NCBI GenBank assembly: GCA_964658305.1
Contig: OZ210885.1
Coordinates: 21,266,001 to 21,330,000, forward strand
Length of the DNA: 64,000 nt
Reading direction: 5' to 3'
From: Leptogorgia sarmentosa
Taxonomy: Eukaryota
The notes below the pieces were generated by a model, which searched no databases, was not told the origin of the DNA, and was given only the letters and a program-made list of their open reading frames with translations. Positions within the stretch are counted from its first letter, which is position 1. Every line of letters starts with the position of its first letter. The position numbers and the translations under genes were made by a program. Shown piece by piece: positions 24,289-34,760 of the stretch.

Positions 24289-27200
24289 TAATTAAGGATA
24301 AACAAATACTAGTGTCAGGCTTTGCTAAAAAGCTTCAACTTTTGTAGAAGCATTTGCAGCTCTAACAGTAACTGCAAGACAAGATTAGCCTTTAAATCTT
24401 CTCTGTTGCTAAGCACCTATAAGTTGCACCTACATGTATTGCTTTGACATAATTTTGCTATAATCACTGGCAACACTCTCACTAGGCCTCTACCTCTACT
24501 AACTCTCACCTGTATGGTCCTATCCAAAGTGGCTCCATCTTCCCACCTTTTCGTGACAAGTTCTTCATTTGCTTTTTAAAAACTTTGTCACCAACTTTCA
24601 TGTTAAATGTTTTTACACCTTTTGCTTTTCGTTTGGCATATTGTGCTTTTTGTTTTTCTTGGGCTAATTTAATATTCTCGAGAACCTAAATAAATCAAGA
24701 TAATATTATATACACATGTAAAATTAATATCAGGCACATGTTTGGTAATGGTTGATGGTTCATAAAAGAGAGAATTAATCAGAGAGATTGATAATTATGC
24801 AACTACAAAAATTCAACTCAAGACCATACATGATGGCTCATCAACCTTGATCTGAAAGTGAGGACTTGTTCATGTTTCATGCTAACTTGTGCACAACACA
24901 TTCACATTAATCTTGAGTGTTAGGGGAGTATCAGTGGTGTTCCCATATTTAAAATACAGATTACAGTATAAGGTTAATCACCTGTTCATGTGTCATCTGA
25001 GCTGTTGAATATTTCTTTTCCATATGTTCCTCAAGGTCCTTGACACATGACTCAGGTGCAGGGGAGCTGTCTTCCACAACAGAAATCTAATAAAAATGAA
25101 ATATAGTTGGTTAAATGCAAAGACATTTCATGATGCATCTGAAGTTGTATAACAGATCAGTAGGGACCCTAGTACAACAAGTCTTTCAACACTCAGATCT
25201 CAATAAAATGCAATGGACATCAATGTTTTCATACAGGACAATGTTTATTAAACATCCTTGCGACCACCATTGCAAGACAATTTTACATGGACAAATTTCC
25301 CCATTTGTTTGCAACTAAAATGGTGATTACAATATTACCTCTCTTGTTGAGTTTGGATGTCTGCCAAACATCAAATAAAATGGCCTGTACTTGGTAGTCA
25401 CCTGTTTTTGAGTCCTAATGGAATAAGCCACTTCATCCAAAAAACTACACCAATCGTCTTGCTGCTCATTGGCTAGTTTGGATAAGCGTGCTTTCAGGGT
25501 CTGGTTCGTTCTCTCATCCAAACCATTTGTCTGTGGGTGATACGCACTTGTAACAGATCTTTTTATGCCAAATTGCTCACAAACTTTCTCATTAACTTTT
25601 GCCACAAATTCTCTGCCCTGGTCTGATAATAACCTTGATGGAGCACCCCACCTAAAATTAAGAAGTCCATTTAAAATTGTTAGGCTTAAAGTCATATGAG
25701 GTACGTATGTATACATCTGAACTAATCTAGACTTGGTTGTATTACAAACTACTTCAAATAGGGTGAAATACCTGCAAGTAAACTTGTTGATGCACTTTGC
25801 AACTCCTGAAGCACTCTTATCTTTCAAAGGAAAAAACTCAACAAATTTTGTAAAGTAGTCTGTAAATGTACAGACATATTTGTTGCCTTGCTAGGTTGTT
25901 GGTAATGGCCCTTGAAAATATAAATGCCAGAATATTACCACCAAGTGAATGTTTAACATTAAGTATTATAATTCCAAATCTGTCACTATTTTTACGAACA
26001 TGGATAAGATCACTTACCAATCAAATCTATTCCCACTAACTCAAGTGGCTCATTGACCTTGATTGGAATCATTTCAGGTGCCTGAGTCTTCAGTTTGCTG
26101 TGAACTTGGCAGCTATGACATGACATAATCTATAAATTATAATTATCAGTTTCAATAGTTGTTCAATATGGCCATTCTGATAACAATGAACAAGAGACGA
26201 TTATAATACTGCAAGAGGGACAATAATTATTAATAAGGAAGACTAATATAATGGGCTTGCAAGCAGTACATATACAAGAAAGTTGAATGCAAGGGAATGC
26301 AAAAGTGAAACCTCAACAAAGGTTCACTTACCCTTCACCCTTGTTGAATATCATCATTTCGGGTAAAGATAGCATGCAATACCTTCCATGTATTGCAGTT
26401 ACTGTAGTTTTAAAATCAGTCTGAGAAGGCAACAAACTGAAAATTCATTGTTGCAATTTTTGTTGACAATGGAGTACTTACATATTCTTGGATGTCTTCT
26501 TTCATCCCATTCCATAGGTAATGGGCAGATACCTTGTTCAAGGTTGCATTGACACCACTGTGTCCTCCCATTGCATCACTGTGATGGTGCTGGAGTATTT
26601 CAGAAATCTCCTCAATGCTAAATACCACTTTCTTTTTTACCCCCTCTTTGCCAGCTGTGTAATACAATTCATTATCTATAAAAAGAGCAGCAAATAAAAT
26701 AAATGTAGAATCTAGATCTAAATGGTCAGTTGAACATTTATAAAGCAAATACTATTACTAAATAGCAGACTATAACTGAGATTGCTACACTTAAGAAACT
26801 CAAATGCTATGCGGCTGTAATATCGTAAGTCCCAAATTAGGTGTAATTGATTATTTGCAATTGCAAAGTGAAACTATGTAAGCTGTAAGCACGAGGTAAT
26901 ATTTAACAATCAATAATTATAATAAATAGCACAATGACTATGTCAATGTGAGATTATTTAGCAAGCTGATTTGCTGTACACTAGTAACCCCACTAAAACT
27001 TTTAGTTTATGGCGAAGCAAACTGATTTCAAAATCTTACTTGTCTCTTCAAAGAAGTAGCTCTTGGCTTGGCGTCGAACGATTCGTTGTTGGTTCTTGGT
27101 GAGACCTTCTTGGTTTTTCCCATGCCGAAGATAGTGAGTAATCGGCTCGTACTTATCCCGCTCTTGCGCCATACGTTCACTGCGTGATTTGGGCGGACTT

Positions 27201-27412
27201 TTTGTGGTATCAGTAACACTATTTTCCTTGAAAACTTCTTCGATTTGAACCATTTTTGTCAATAAATAAACGTCGTTCAACAGCAGTGAATGAAGGGGAC
27301 AACTCAGACCACGAGGAAATGTAGTTCATGAATAATGAGAACAACAAATGCATTGCGCATGCGCATACCATTGGGGGACATGTCAGTCCGGGAGACTGCT
27401 CAGACCACTACA

Positions 27413-27818
27413 ACGGTATTGAAAAGGGTAAATTTGGTTTTTAGAGAGCCACATTTTTCACAAACAATTGCAAAGTGTTGTGTCTGTTTTAAAGACGCAA
27501 TAACATAAAATGCGATATCATATGTCGTCAAGTTCCAATTCCTTATGCAATTTGATATATGATCGCGGGAATTCCGGAATGCGAGATAGTTATGAAAGCT
27601 TATATCAAGTATTGAATACGTCTCCGCACAACCTCACATCTTGAAAGGAATTAGTATTTGCGCTATTCGTCTATTCCCTAGCAGTAAACCATTTTATACA
27701 TGCAAGATTGCGTATTAGGGACAGATAAGATGCGTGTATCGAAAAGCTGAAAACAAATAAGACTTGATCATCAAGCTACACAGGCACAGATACATGTACA
27801 CTTTGTGTACCTATTTTT
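27413..27818 (+). mobile_element. 3' part of a non-autonomous Helentron (HINE), same family as 44923-53200
   Basis: Reverse complement aligns with 44923-45295. It ends GCACAGATACAT (subTIR), GTACAC-TTT-GTGTAC (hairpin), CTATTTTT. Confidence 0.75.
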
Positions 27819-28453
27819 CAGGTTAACACAGAAGTATGCGAGCAGACGTTTCACTGGTTTTCGTCATTTTCACGAATGACCAAACATATGAATCGCCTGA
27901 GATTTTTGTTTTTTGTACTATACGTAATGGATAATCGTAACATGCAATCAATGTATATGTAGTGGGGAGAGAGAGAGGAAGAGAGAATAAATGTTAATAA
28001 AACCTTCTAAATCCCATGCATTTTGTGATCATTCCATTTCATAAATGAATATGAGGCCAGTGACGTACATAGATAACGTATAAAAACATCAGCAGGTGCA
28101 AGCAGTTAAATGACGTCTAGAGTATGGCCCTTGTTAAAATCAACTTATCCGATTTGCTTTAAAAGATTGCATTAGGCCATCCCAACATTGAAAGCAACAA
28201 CAGAATGTCACAAAGTGAAAAGACAATTATCTGTTAATTGTTAAACGGCATAGTTCTTTCCGTAATGTTATTTTTCTTCTAAATGTTGTGAGAGACTAAT
28301 AGCATTTAGCAATTTAAATCTAAACGGATTAGTGACAGCTAGTTTGATCGACCGTGATGTTTTAGTGTATAATTTCGTTGATAGTCAATTTTCATGTATT
28401 ACTCGACTAGTGCAATTGATTTTGTTTATGATGTTTGATGAATGTACATTATT

Positions 28454-31400
28454 TGTTAAGGAATGTTTTTATATTAAATGCCTATAGTTACTCACCCCCT
28501 CCCCCTTAGTATTAGTTTTTGGAGACTGGAACGAGCGGGAAGGGGGGACGAGAAAAAACGTGGACGAAAAGGAAAGGCTTTTGTTATTGACATTAGTAAA
28601 TAAAAGTAAAAAAAAAAAAGGAAAGAAACTTCGTTGGTCGTTTGGTTTTTTATGATTTGAAAACATAATGGTCCTTTTGAGCCGGATCTTTGAAAATTAG
28701 TTTCTTTACTCGACGATATCGGACGAAAATTGAAGTGTAAGAACGACACGAATTGGGGATAAACAATGTCAGACGACGACAACGGCTGGAAATCTGTGGA
28801 TCATTCCCAGAAAGACAACGAAAAGGCAACGCAAAACAAGAACGACGACGAAAGCCAAGTATCTGAAGACAGCAAACGATATTCGACGTTGAAAAAACGA
28901 AAAAAATCGGCGAAAACAAGACTCACAAAGGCTCGGAATCAAATCGCCATATTGACTACAGGACGCCCGAGCAGCAAAACGGAAATTCGAAGAGTAATAA
29001 ACACGATACGCGGTGAGTGTGATATTATCGAAAAAATAATTCATGCGATGAAAGAAATTGCTGCAATAAGTGACTATGAATTTGACGGAACAGATGCTGA
29101 CATGGTTATTGACAATCTAGACAATGAGCTAACAGAAATTTTGAAATCTGCTGACGTGAGCATTAAAGCGGCATTAGACCACGTCAATCAAAGGCTATTA
29201 AATGGTGAAGATGAATCTAAAGCATCAACAATTTTATCGAGCGAGCCTTCTATTAAATCAAACGGAGTAAAATCAGTACAAACTCATTCTAAGAGCAAAC
29301 ATTCGGACAGTCGAAAACAGCAGCAAGAAGTTGATGAGGCTAATGAGAGATTAAGGTCACTGGAAAAGGAACAACACGGGCTGGAAGAAGAATTACAACG
29401 GAAATCAAATGCATGTGAACTAAACCGGCAACGAATCGAAGATGCCCGTTCTATCGTATTGCTCAATGAAGCCAGGTTAAAAGACAGTAAAAAACAAGAG
29501 GAAACAGCCGCCACACGAAAGATGAAATTGCCTACTGGGGAGAACTCGAACGGAGTCAGTTTGCGTCAACTACACAAAGGTTTGTCGAGCCCTAAGCCAA
29601 CTAACGTTAAACTCAAAGGTGTTACACTGCCAACATTCTCTGGCGAAGATAAAAGCGAATATGAAGCTTGGAAAGCGGCATTTACGTCAGTCGTAGACGA
29701 TTCGGTAATACCGATTAAGGAGAAAATGTTGCGACTCCTCGGTTGCCTAAGTGGTAAAGCACATGAGACGGTAAAAGATTTGGGATTTACGAACAGCGCT
29801 TACGAGAGAGCCAAAGAGAAATTAGAGCGGAAATACGGAGGCAAACGTCGACAAACACTGAGCCAGCTGAGCACACTTCGTGCATTACCAAAAGTCAAAC
29901 GTCATAATTTAGAGGACTTGGAGAATTTGTTGACAATCCTGGACAGGATACTCGTTGCATTACAAGACGATGATCCCGACGGTGAACTACGTAGCAACCA
30001 CCTAAGCCTCGCAGTCAAGGAAAAGCTACCAGAAGACTACGTCCGAGATTATAAGTATTGGTTGTTGGAGCAGACGAAGCAAGATTGCTTCGAAACACTG
30101 GTTGAGTGGCTTGAGACGAGAGTGCAGATTATGGAAGAAGCCCGAGAAGAAACCGGTGACTTTCAAAAAGAGGGACGAAGGCACCAGCGAGGATTTAACA
30201 CATCTGAAAAGGTGCGAACATGTATTGTGTCGAAGTGCAAAGTCGATCATCCACCTTGGGTTTGTGGACATTTTAAGGAATTATCAGTGCCCGAACGAAA
30301 ACAGCTCATCGCTCGCAGTGGCCGTTGCTTTAGATGTCTTGCAATCGGGCACCACAGTCGTAATTGCGCAAGAAGCAGAGAGTGCGGGGTGGACGGATGC
30401 AAAAGCACTCGTCATAGTAGCTACCTACACGAGCCAGTTAGCCTACCCACGTCACGGCATCAGTCAACGGAAGAAGTTACACCAAGAAATTCTACAAACA
30501 TTTCATCTTCCTCCGGACCCAGCCAAGTGGAACGTATCTCCCTGATGATCCTTCCCGCCTTCATTGAAAATGAAAGTAGAAGGTTGAAAGTGAACGTTAT
30601 GCTAGACCCCTGTTCTACGGGAACGTACGTGACCGAAGGTGCGGCCGAGGAACTACGTTTGCAAGGTGACATGCAAAACCTCACCATTTCGGGAACTGCC
30701 GGGACGGAGGTTAAGACAGACTCCCGGCGCGTTAAGTTTACAGTGACTTCAACGAATCGGCGCTTTTCCTCGACAGTTGAAGCAAACGTGTTGGACGACA
30801 TTACGGGGAGTACGCCCGCGTTCAAATGGAACGATCTGAAACGCAATTGGTCGCACCTAAAGTCAATCCCCTTTGAGAGCGTGGCTAACCGAAGACAAGT
30901 AGATGTTTTGATAGGCAGCGACCATCCCATCTTTCACCAAGTGTTCCGAGAGGTACCAGGGAAGCAAGGAAACGAGCCGATCGCCAGATTGACCAAGCTC
31001 GGCTGGGTTTGTTTTGGCCCCACTGAAGCATGTCAACTCCGCCAACAGTCGCGTTCGCATCTTTCAGTCCGCACGTATCGTACCGACAGTGCCGCCGTTG
31101 AGACGAACACTCTGATGAGAAAATTCTGGGAACTCGAAGCAATTGGTATACAAGACAACGGAGATCAGACCTGGACAGCAGATGAACGAGCCGCAGTATC
31201 TAAAGTGGAAAGGACACAAGTCAAGACGGACGGTAGATACGAACTGGGCATTCCCTGGAAAGAAAATGAGCCTAAATTTGACGACAACTTCGACATGGCG
31301 TACACCAGACTCGAGAATCTCGAAAAATCGCTGAAAAGAAAGGGTGAGCACGTCGCGTTGGAATACAACAAGATAATCACGGATTATATCGACAAGGACT

Positions 31401-34400
31401 ACATTCAACAGGTTCCACTAAAGAGCGAAGAGCAGTGGTTCTTGCCCCATTTCCCTGTCGTCCGAGCAGACAAAACCACCACCAAAGTTCGCGTTGTTTT
31501 TGATGCAGCGGCGACGTCCAATGGGAAATGCCTAAATGACGCCATACTCCCCGGACCGAAGCTACAGAGAGAAATCAACGACGTTCTCCTTCGATTTCGA
31601 CGCGCTCCAGTCGCCCTCTCCGCAGACATAACTCAGATGTTCCTTCAAGTGAAGCTGAAAGAACAAGATCGACGGTACCACCGATTCCTATGGCGGAATC
31701 TTCAGGATGACCAACCTCCTAGTGCGTACGAGTTCCTACGCTTGCCATTTGGCAACACCGCGTCGCCATTCTGTGCACAATACGTTTTGTATTCGCACGC
31801 CCGTTCTGCAGCCCACACATATCCCGAAGCAGCTGAGACGGTAGAGAATTCAATGTACGTGGATGACGTACTAGATTCAAAAGAAACTATACAAGACGCG
31901 GTAGCCTTGCGAAGGCAGCTCTCGGAGATGCTCAGTGGCGCTGGATTCACTTTACGTAAATGGCTATCCAACGAAGCGGAGGTGATCCAGGATGTCCCAG
32001 ACGACGAGCGTTCACCTGGTGTAGACATTCCCGACGGAAACCTCCCCTCACAAAAGACCTTGGGGGTACTGTGGAAGGCCAAGGATGACGTCTTCTCGTT
32101 TAACGTGGAGAAGCTCGAAAAACCAGAGCTGATGACAAAAAGAGCAGTCCTCAGCAAAATCGCGACTATCTTCGATCCCTTACAATTGTTATCACCATTC
32201 ACCGTTCGAGCAAAAATAATAATGCAAGAGATTTGGACGGCCGGTATCGGATGGGATGAGCACCTACCGGATGACTTGAGTGCGAAGTGGAAAGCTTGGA
32301 GCGACGAGTTGACTGACCTGTCGTTATTTGAAGTACCTCGATGTCTACGCCTTCCAACCCCTAGTGACACCCAACTGCATGTTTTCTCGGACGCCTCAAA
32401 AGACGCCTATTCTGCCGTAGCTTACCTCCTTTGCAAATATGAAGATCGTGACCATACGTGCAGACTTATCGCCTCGAAGAACCGTGTTTCGCCCATCAAA
32501 GCCGTAACCATACCTCGCCTTGAATTGATGGGTGCCGTGCTGTCCGCTAGACTGGCTACTGCAATTCTGAAAGTGTTAACTGTGCACGCGACCGTATTTT
32601 GGACAGACTCGACGAACGTTTTGTTCTGGGTGCACAATCGCAGTCGAAACTTTAAACCGTTCGTCGCGAACCGAGTCGGGGAGATCCAGCGATTAACTAA
32701 CCCAGAGGATTGGCGACATGTTCCCGGGGATAAAAATCCCGCCGACCTACCGACGAGAGGTTTTACTGCATCGCAACTGAATAATAACCAAACCTGGAAG
32801 GAGGGTCCAACCTTCCTGTTAGATGATGAGTCAAGTTGGCCAGTGAATCCAGCCACCGTCGATCCTAGGGGCGCAGCCACCGATGAAGAGAGAAGGAAGA
32901 CGACACATGTCACCGAAGCTACGATTCCGAACACGACCGCCGTCGGACGGCTTGACCTTCATAGGTATTCTCAGCTAAGGAAACTGCTTCGAGTAACTGC
33001 CTGGTTCCTACGTTTTATAAAAAACTGCAAGTTGAAAGACCATGAACAGAGAACTAGAAGCGCTGCCTTGAGTCCCGAGGAATTGAAGCAGAGCGAGATA
33101 TTCTGGATCGGACGAGCGCAGCGTGAAATGTTCCCTGGAAAAGAGAAGGACGAGAAGTTGAGGCGATTCAACCCGTGTTATGATCAAAATGGAACACTGA
33201 GAGCAAATAGCCGCCTGAGCTTCGCTGATGAACTACCATTTGACAGCCGCAACCCCATATTGCTCTCGAAAGACCATGCTTTCACCAAATTGGTGATTCT
33301 TGATGCCCATGAAAAGCGTGGCCATGGTACGGGTATCGAACATTTGCTCACGGAATTGCGGTCGCGGTTCTGGATCTTGAAGGGAAGAAGAGCTGTTCGA
33401 AATTTAATAGACTCGTGCCCAACCTGTCGTCGTCGATTCCTCACAAGAGAAACCGGACAAATGATGGCGCCATTGCCGAAAGAAAGAGTGCAAGTGCCCT
33501 TACGTGCATTCGATAGAGTCGGCATGGACTATGCTGGACCGTTCAAAACAAAACAGGGCAGAGGGAGAGCCAGGGCGAAAAGATACTTATGCGTATTTAC
33601 TTGCTTGTGCACACGAGCCGTGCACTTAGAGATGAGTTACTCACTTGATACGGACTCGTTCCTTAACGCATTGGCCCGAATGATATCAAGGAGGGGGAGA
33701 CCATCTTTCATCGTTTCGGACAATGGGACGAACTTTGTAGCCGCCGAGAAGGAAATTCGTAAGTTAGTGAAAGCCTTCGAGAAAGAGAGGATCGTCCAAG
33801 AGACATCGAAGCAAGGACCGATTGAGTGGAAATTCAACCCGCCCACTGCGCCACACTTCGGTGGCATTTTCGAATCAATGGTGAAAAGTGCAAAAAAGGC
33901 CTTACGTACGGTAATCGGCGACGCGGAGATCAATGACGAGGAGCTCCACACTGCACTGTGTGGAGCGGAGAAGTTGTTAAATTCCAGACCCATAACCTAC
34001 GTCAGTTCGGATGTCAACGACATGGTCCCGTTAACACCAAATCATTTCCTTGTCGGAAGCCTAGGAGGAGATTTTGCACCGGAAATAACAGAAGAGGAAG
34101 GGAGAAATCCGATAAAAAGGTGGCGCCGAGTACAACAACTGCTAACGCAATTCTGGCGACGCTGGCGGAGGGAATTCCTGCCAAGTTTGAACGCGAGAGG
34201 AAAGTGGTACGAGACGAAACGCAATTTTGAGGACGGGGACGTGGTTGTAGTTGTGACACCCGATGCTAGGCGCGGTCAGTGGCCTATTGGACGCGTGGTA
34301 AAAACGCACCCGGGAAGAGACGGTCTCGTCCGAGTTGTCGAGGTCCAGATTGGGAAGGCAAAGTATATACGACCAGTGCATCATCTTATGCTTTTAGAGA

Positions 34401-34713
34401 AAATGGAAGATTGACTTACTTTGAAACGTTGTTGTTTATACAGAATTGACTGACATTACATTTAGTTGCTATTTGCGAATGTGGTTACATTCGGGAGGGG
34501 GATGTTAAGGAATGTTTTTATATTAAATGCCTATAGTTACTCACCCCCTCCCCCTTAGTATTAGTTTTTGGAGACTGGAACGAGCGGGAAGGGGGGACGA
34601 GAAAAAACGTGGACGAAAAGGAAAGGCTTTTGTTATTGACATTAGTAAATAAAAGTAAAAAAAAAAAGGAAAGAAACTTCGTTGGTCGTTTGGTTTTTTA
34701 TGATTTGAAAACA
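28454..34713 (+). mobile_element. Intact BEL/Pao LTR retrotransposon
   Basis: LTRs 28454-28665 and 34503-34713 (TG..CA; by eye they differ only by one A in a poly-A run). TSD TTATT at 28449-53 and 34714-18. PBS TGGTCCTTTTGAGCCGGA at 28669 (tRNA-Tyr-like). PPT GGGAGGGGGA directly before the 3' LTR. Confidence 0.98.
28766..34414 (+). CDS. BEL/Pao gag-pol polyprotein (1882 aa): Gag (DUF1759-like, CCHC knuckles), aspartic protease, RT, RNase H, integrase
   Basis: LPTFSGE, CFRCLAIGHHSRNC, MLDPCSTGTYV, LPFG..SPF, MYVDD, VFSDAS, NPADLPTRG, H..H..CPTC, DYAGP, SDNGTNF, GGIFE, RGQWPIGRV. Confidence 0.98.
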   Translation: MSDDDNGWKSVDHSQKDNEKATQNKNDDESQVSEDSKRYSTLKKRKKSAKTRLTKARNQIAILTTGRPSSKTEIRRVINTIRGECDIIEKIIHAMKEIAAISDYEFDGTDADMVIDNLDNELTEILKSADVSIKAALDHVNQRLLNGEDESKASTILSSEPSIKSNGVKSVQTHSKSKHSDSRKQQQEVDEANERLRSLEKEQHGLEEELQRKSNACELNRQRIEDARSIVLLNEARLKDSKKQEETAATRKMKLPTGENSNGVSLRQLHKGLSSPKPTNVKLKGVTLPTFSGEDKSEYEAWKAAFTSVVDDSVIPIKEKMLRLLGCLSGKAHETVKDLGFTNSAYERAKEKLERKYGGKRRQTLSQLSTLRALPKVKRHNLEDLENLLTILDRILVALQDDDPDGELRSNHLSLAVKEKLPEDYVRDYKYWLLEQTKQDCFETLVEWLETRVQIMEEAREETGDFQKEGRRHQRGFNTSEKVRTCIVSKCKVDHPPWVCGHFKELSVPERKQLIARSGRCFRCLAIGHHSRNCARSRECGVDGCKSTRHSSYLHEPVSLPTSRHQSTEEVTPRNSTNISSSSGPSQVERISLMILPAFIENESRRLKVNVMLDPCSTGTYVTEGAAEELRLQGDMQNLTISGTAGTEVKTDSRRVKFTVTSTNRRFSSTVEANVLDDITGSTPAFKWNDLKRNWSHLKSIPFESVANRRQVDVLIGSDHPIFHQVFREVPGKQGNEPIARLTKLGWVCFGPTEACQLRQQSRSHLSVRTYRTDSAAVETNTLMRKFWELEAIGIQDNGDQTWTADERAAVSKVERTQVKTDGRYELGIPWKENEPKFDDNFDMAYTRLENLEKSLKRKGEHVALEYNKIITDYIDKDYIQQVPLKSEEQWFLPHFPVVRADKTTTKVRVVFDAAATSNGKCLNDAILPGPKLQREINDVLLRFRRAPVALSADITQMFLQVKLKEQDRRYHRFLWRNLQDDQPPSAYEFLRLPFGNTASPFCAQYVLYSHARSAAHTYPEAAETVENSMYVDDVLDSKETIQDAVALRRQLSEMLSGAGFTLRKWLSNEAEVIQDVPDDERSPGVDIPDGNLPSQKTLGVLWKAKDDVFSFNVEKLEKPELMTKRAVLSKIATIFDPLQLLSPFTVRAKIIMQEIWTAGIGWDEHLPDDLSAKWKAWSDELTDLSLFEVPRCLRLPTPSDTQLHVFSDASKDAYSAVAYLLCKYEDRDHTCRLIASKNRVSPIKAVTIPRLELMGAVLSARLATAILKVLTVHATVFWTDSTNVLFWVHNRSRNFKPFVANRVGEIQRLTNPEDWRHVPGDKNPADLPTRGFTASQLNNNQTWKEGPTFLLDDESSWPVNPATVDPRGAATDEERRKTTHVTEATIPNTTAVGRLDLHRYSQLRKLLRVTAWFLRFIKNCKLKDHEQRTRSAALSPEELKQSEIFWIGRAQREMFPGKEKDEKLRRFNPCYDQNGTLRANSRLSFADELPFDSRNPILLSKDHAFTKLVILDAHEKRGHGTGIEHLLTELRSRFWILKGRRAVRNLIDSCPTCRRRFLTRETGQMMAPLPKERVQVPLRAFDRVGMDYAGPFKTKQGRGRARAKRYLCVFTCLCTRAVHLEMSYSLDTDSFLNALARMISRRGRPSFIVSDNGTNFVAAEKEIRKLVKAFEKERIVQETSKQGPIEWKFNPPTAPHFGGIFESMVKSAKKALRTVIGDAEINDEELHTALCGAEKLLNSRPITYVSSDVNDMVPLTPNHFLVGSLGGDFAPEITEEEGRNPIKRWRRVQQLLTQFWRRWRREFLPSLNARGKWYETKRNFEDGDVVVVVTPDARRGQWPIGRVVKTHPGRDGLVRVVEVQIGKAKYIRPVHHLMLLEKMED

Positions 34714-34760
34714 TTATTGTTGGCCCTTATGCCTTATATATGGTACTTACTCGTCATACA

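Larger units (their letters stand above)
22935..27412 (-). mobile_element. Ginger1 DNA transposon: intron-containing Gypsy-like integrase fused to Ulp1-type protease and PHD finger; one terminus lost
   Basis: Terminus TGTAGTGGTCTGAGCAGTCTCCCGGACTGACATGTCCCCC (minus strand from 27412). Exons encode HHSDAMGGHSGVNATLNKV..W.GMKEDI..CHSC (HHCC), LLSDQGREF and SAYHPQTNGLDERTNQTLK. No RT or LTR is present. Confidence 0.88.
19040..27962 (+). pseudogene. Multi-exon CxC5/CxC6-associated KDZ (Kyakuja-Dileera-Zisupton)-like transposase, interrupted by Ginger1
   Basis: CRKC..YLGCRFTKIRCKCKIYEHYGF (19380-19530). HKCDKIGCGTVLVVDGNMKNARTVC (20559-20691). GCQNTPAFQSKVCVDH (~21108). WPCGVIVSIEEMFNCESKSQVYGHL (22462-22591). 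VIYYDDGCHL (22901-22930). VNTEVCEQTFHWFSSFSRMTKHMNRLRFLFFVLY (27822-27962). Exons are bounded by GT-AG. Confidence 0.8.

Noticed and set aside
23630..24291. His-rich, Gly-rich and Val/Cys-rich ORFs
   Set aside because: They are alternative frames of the coding minisatellite in the Ginger Ulp1-PHD exon.
25327..27280. Gypsy LTR retrotransposon integrase
   Set aside because: No RT, RNase H or LTR; introns, a TGT terminus and the Ulp1-PHD fusion indicate Ginger1.
28769..34384. Many antisense and alternative-frame ORFs within the BEL element
   Set aside because: Shadow ORFs of the long GC-richer gag-pol frame, with no recognisable motifs.
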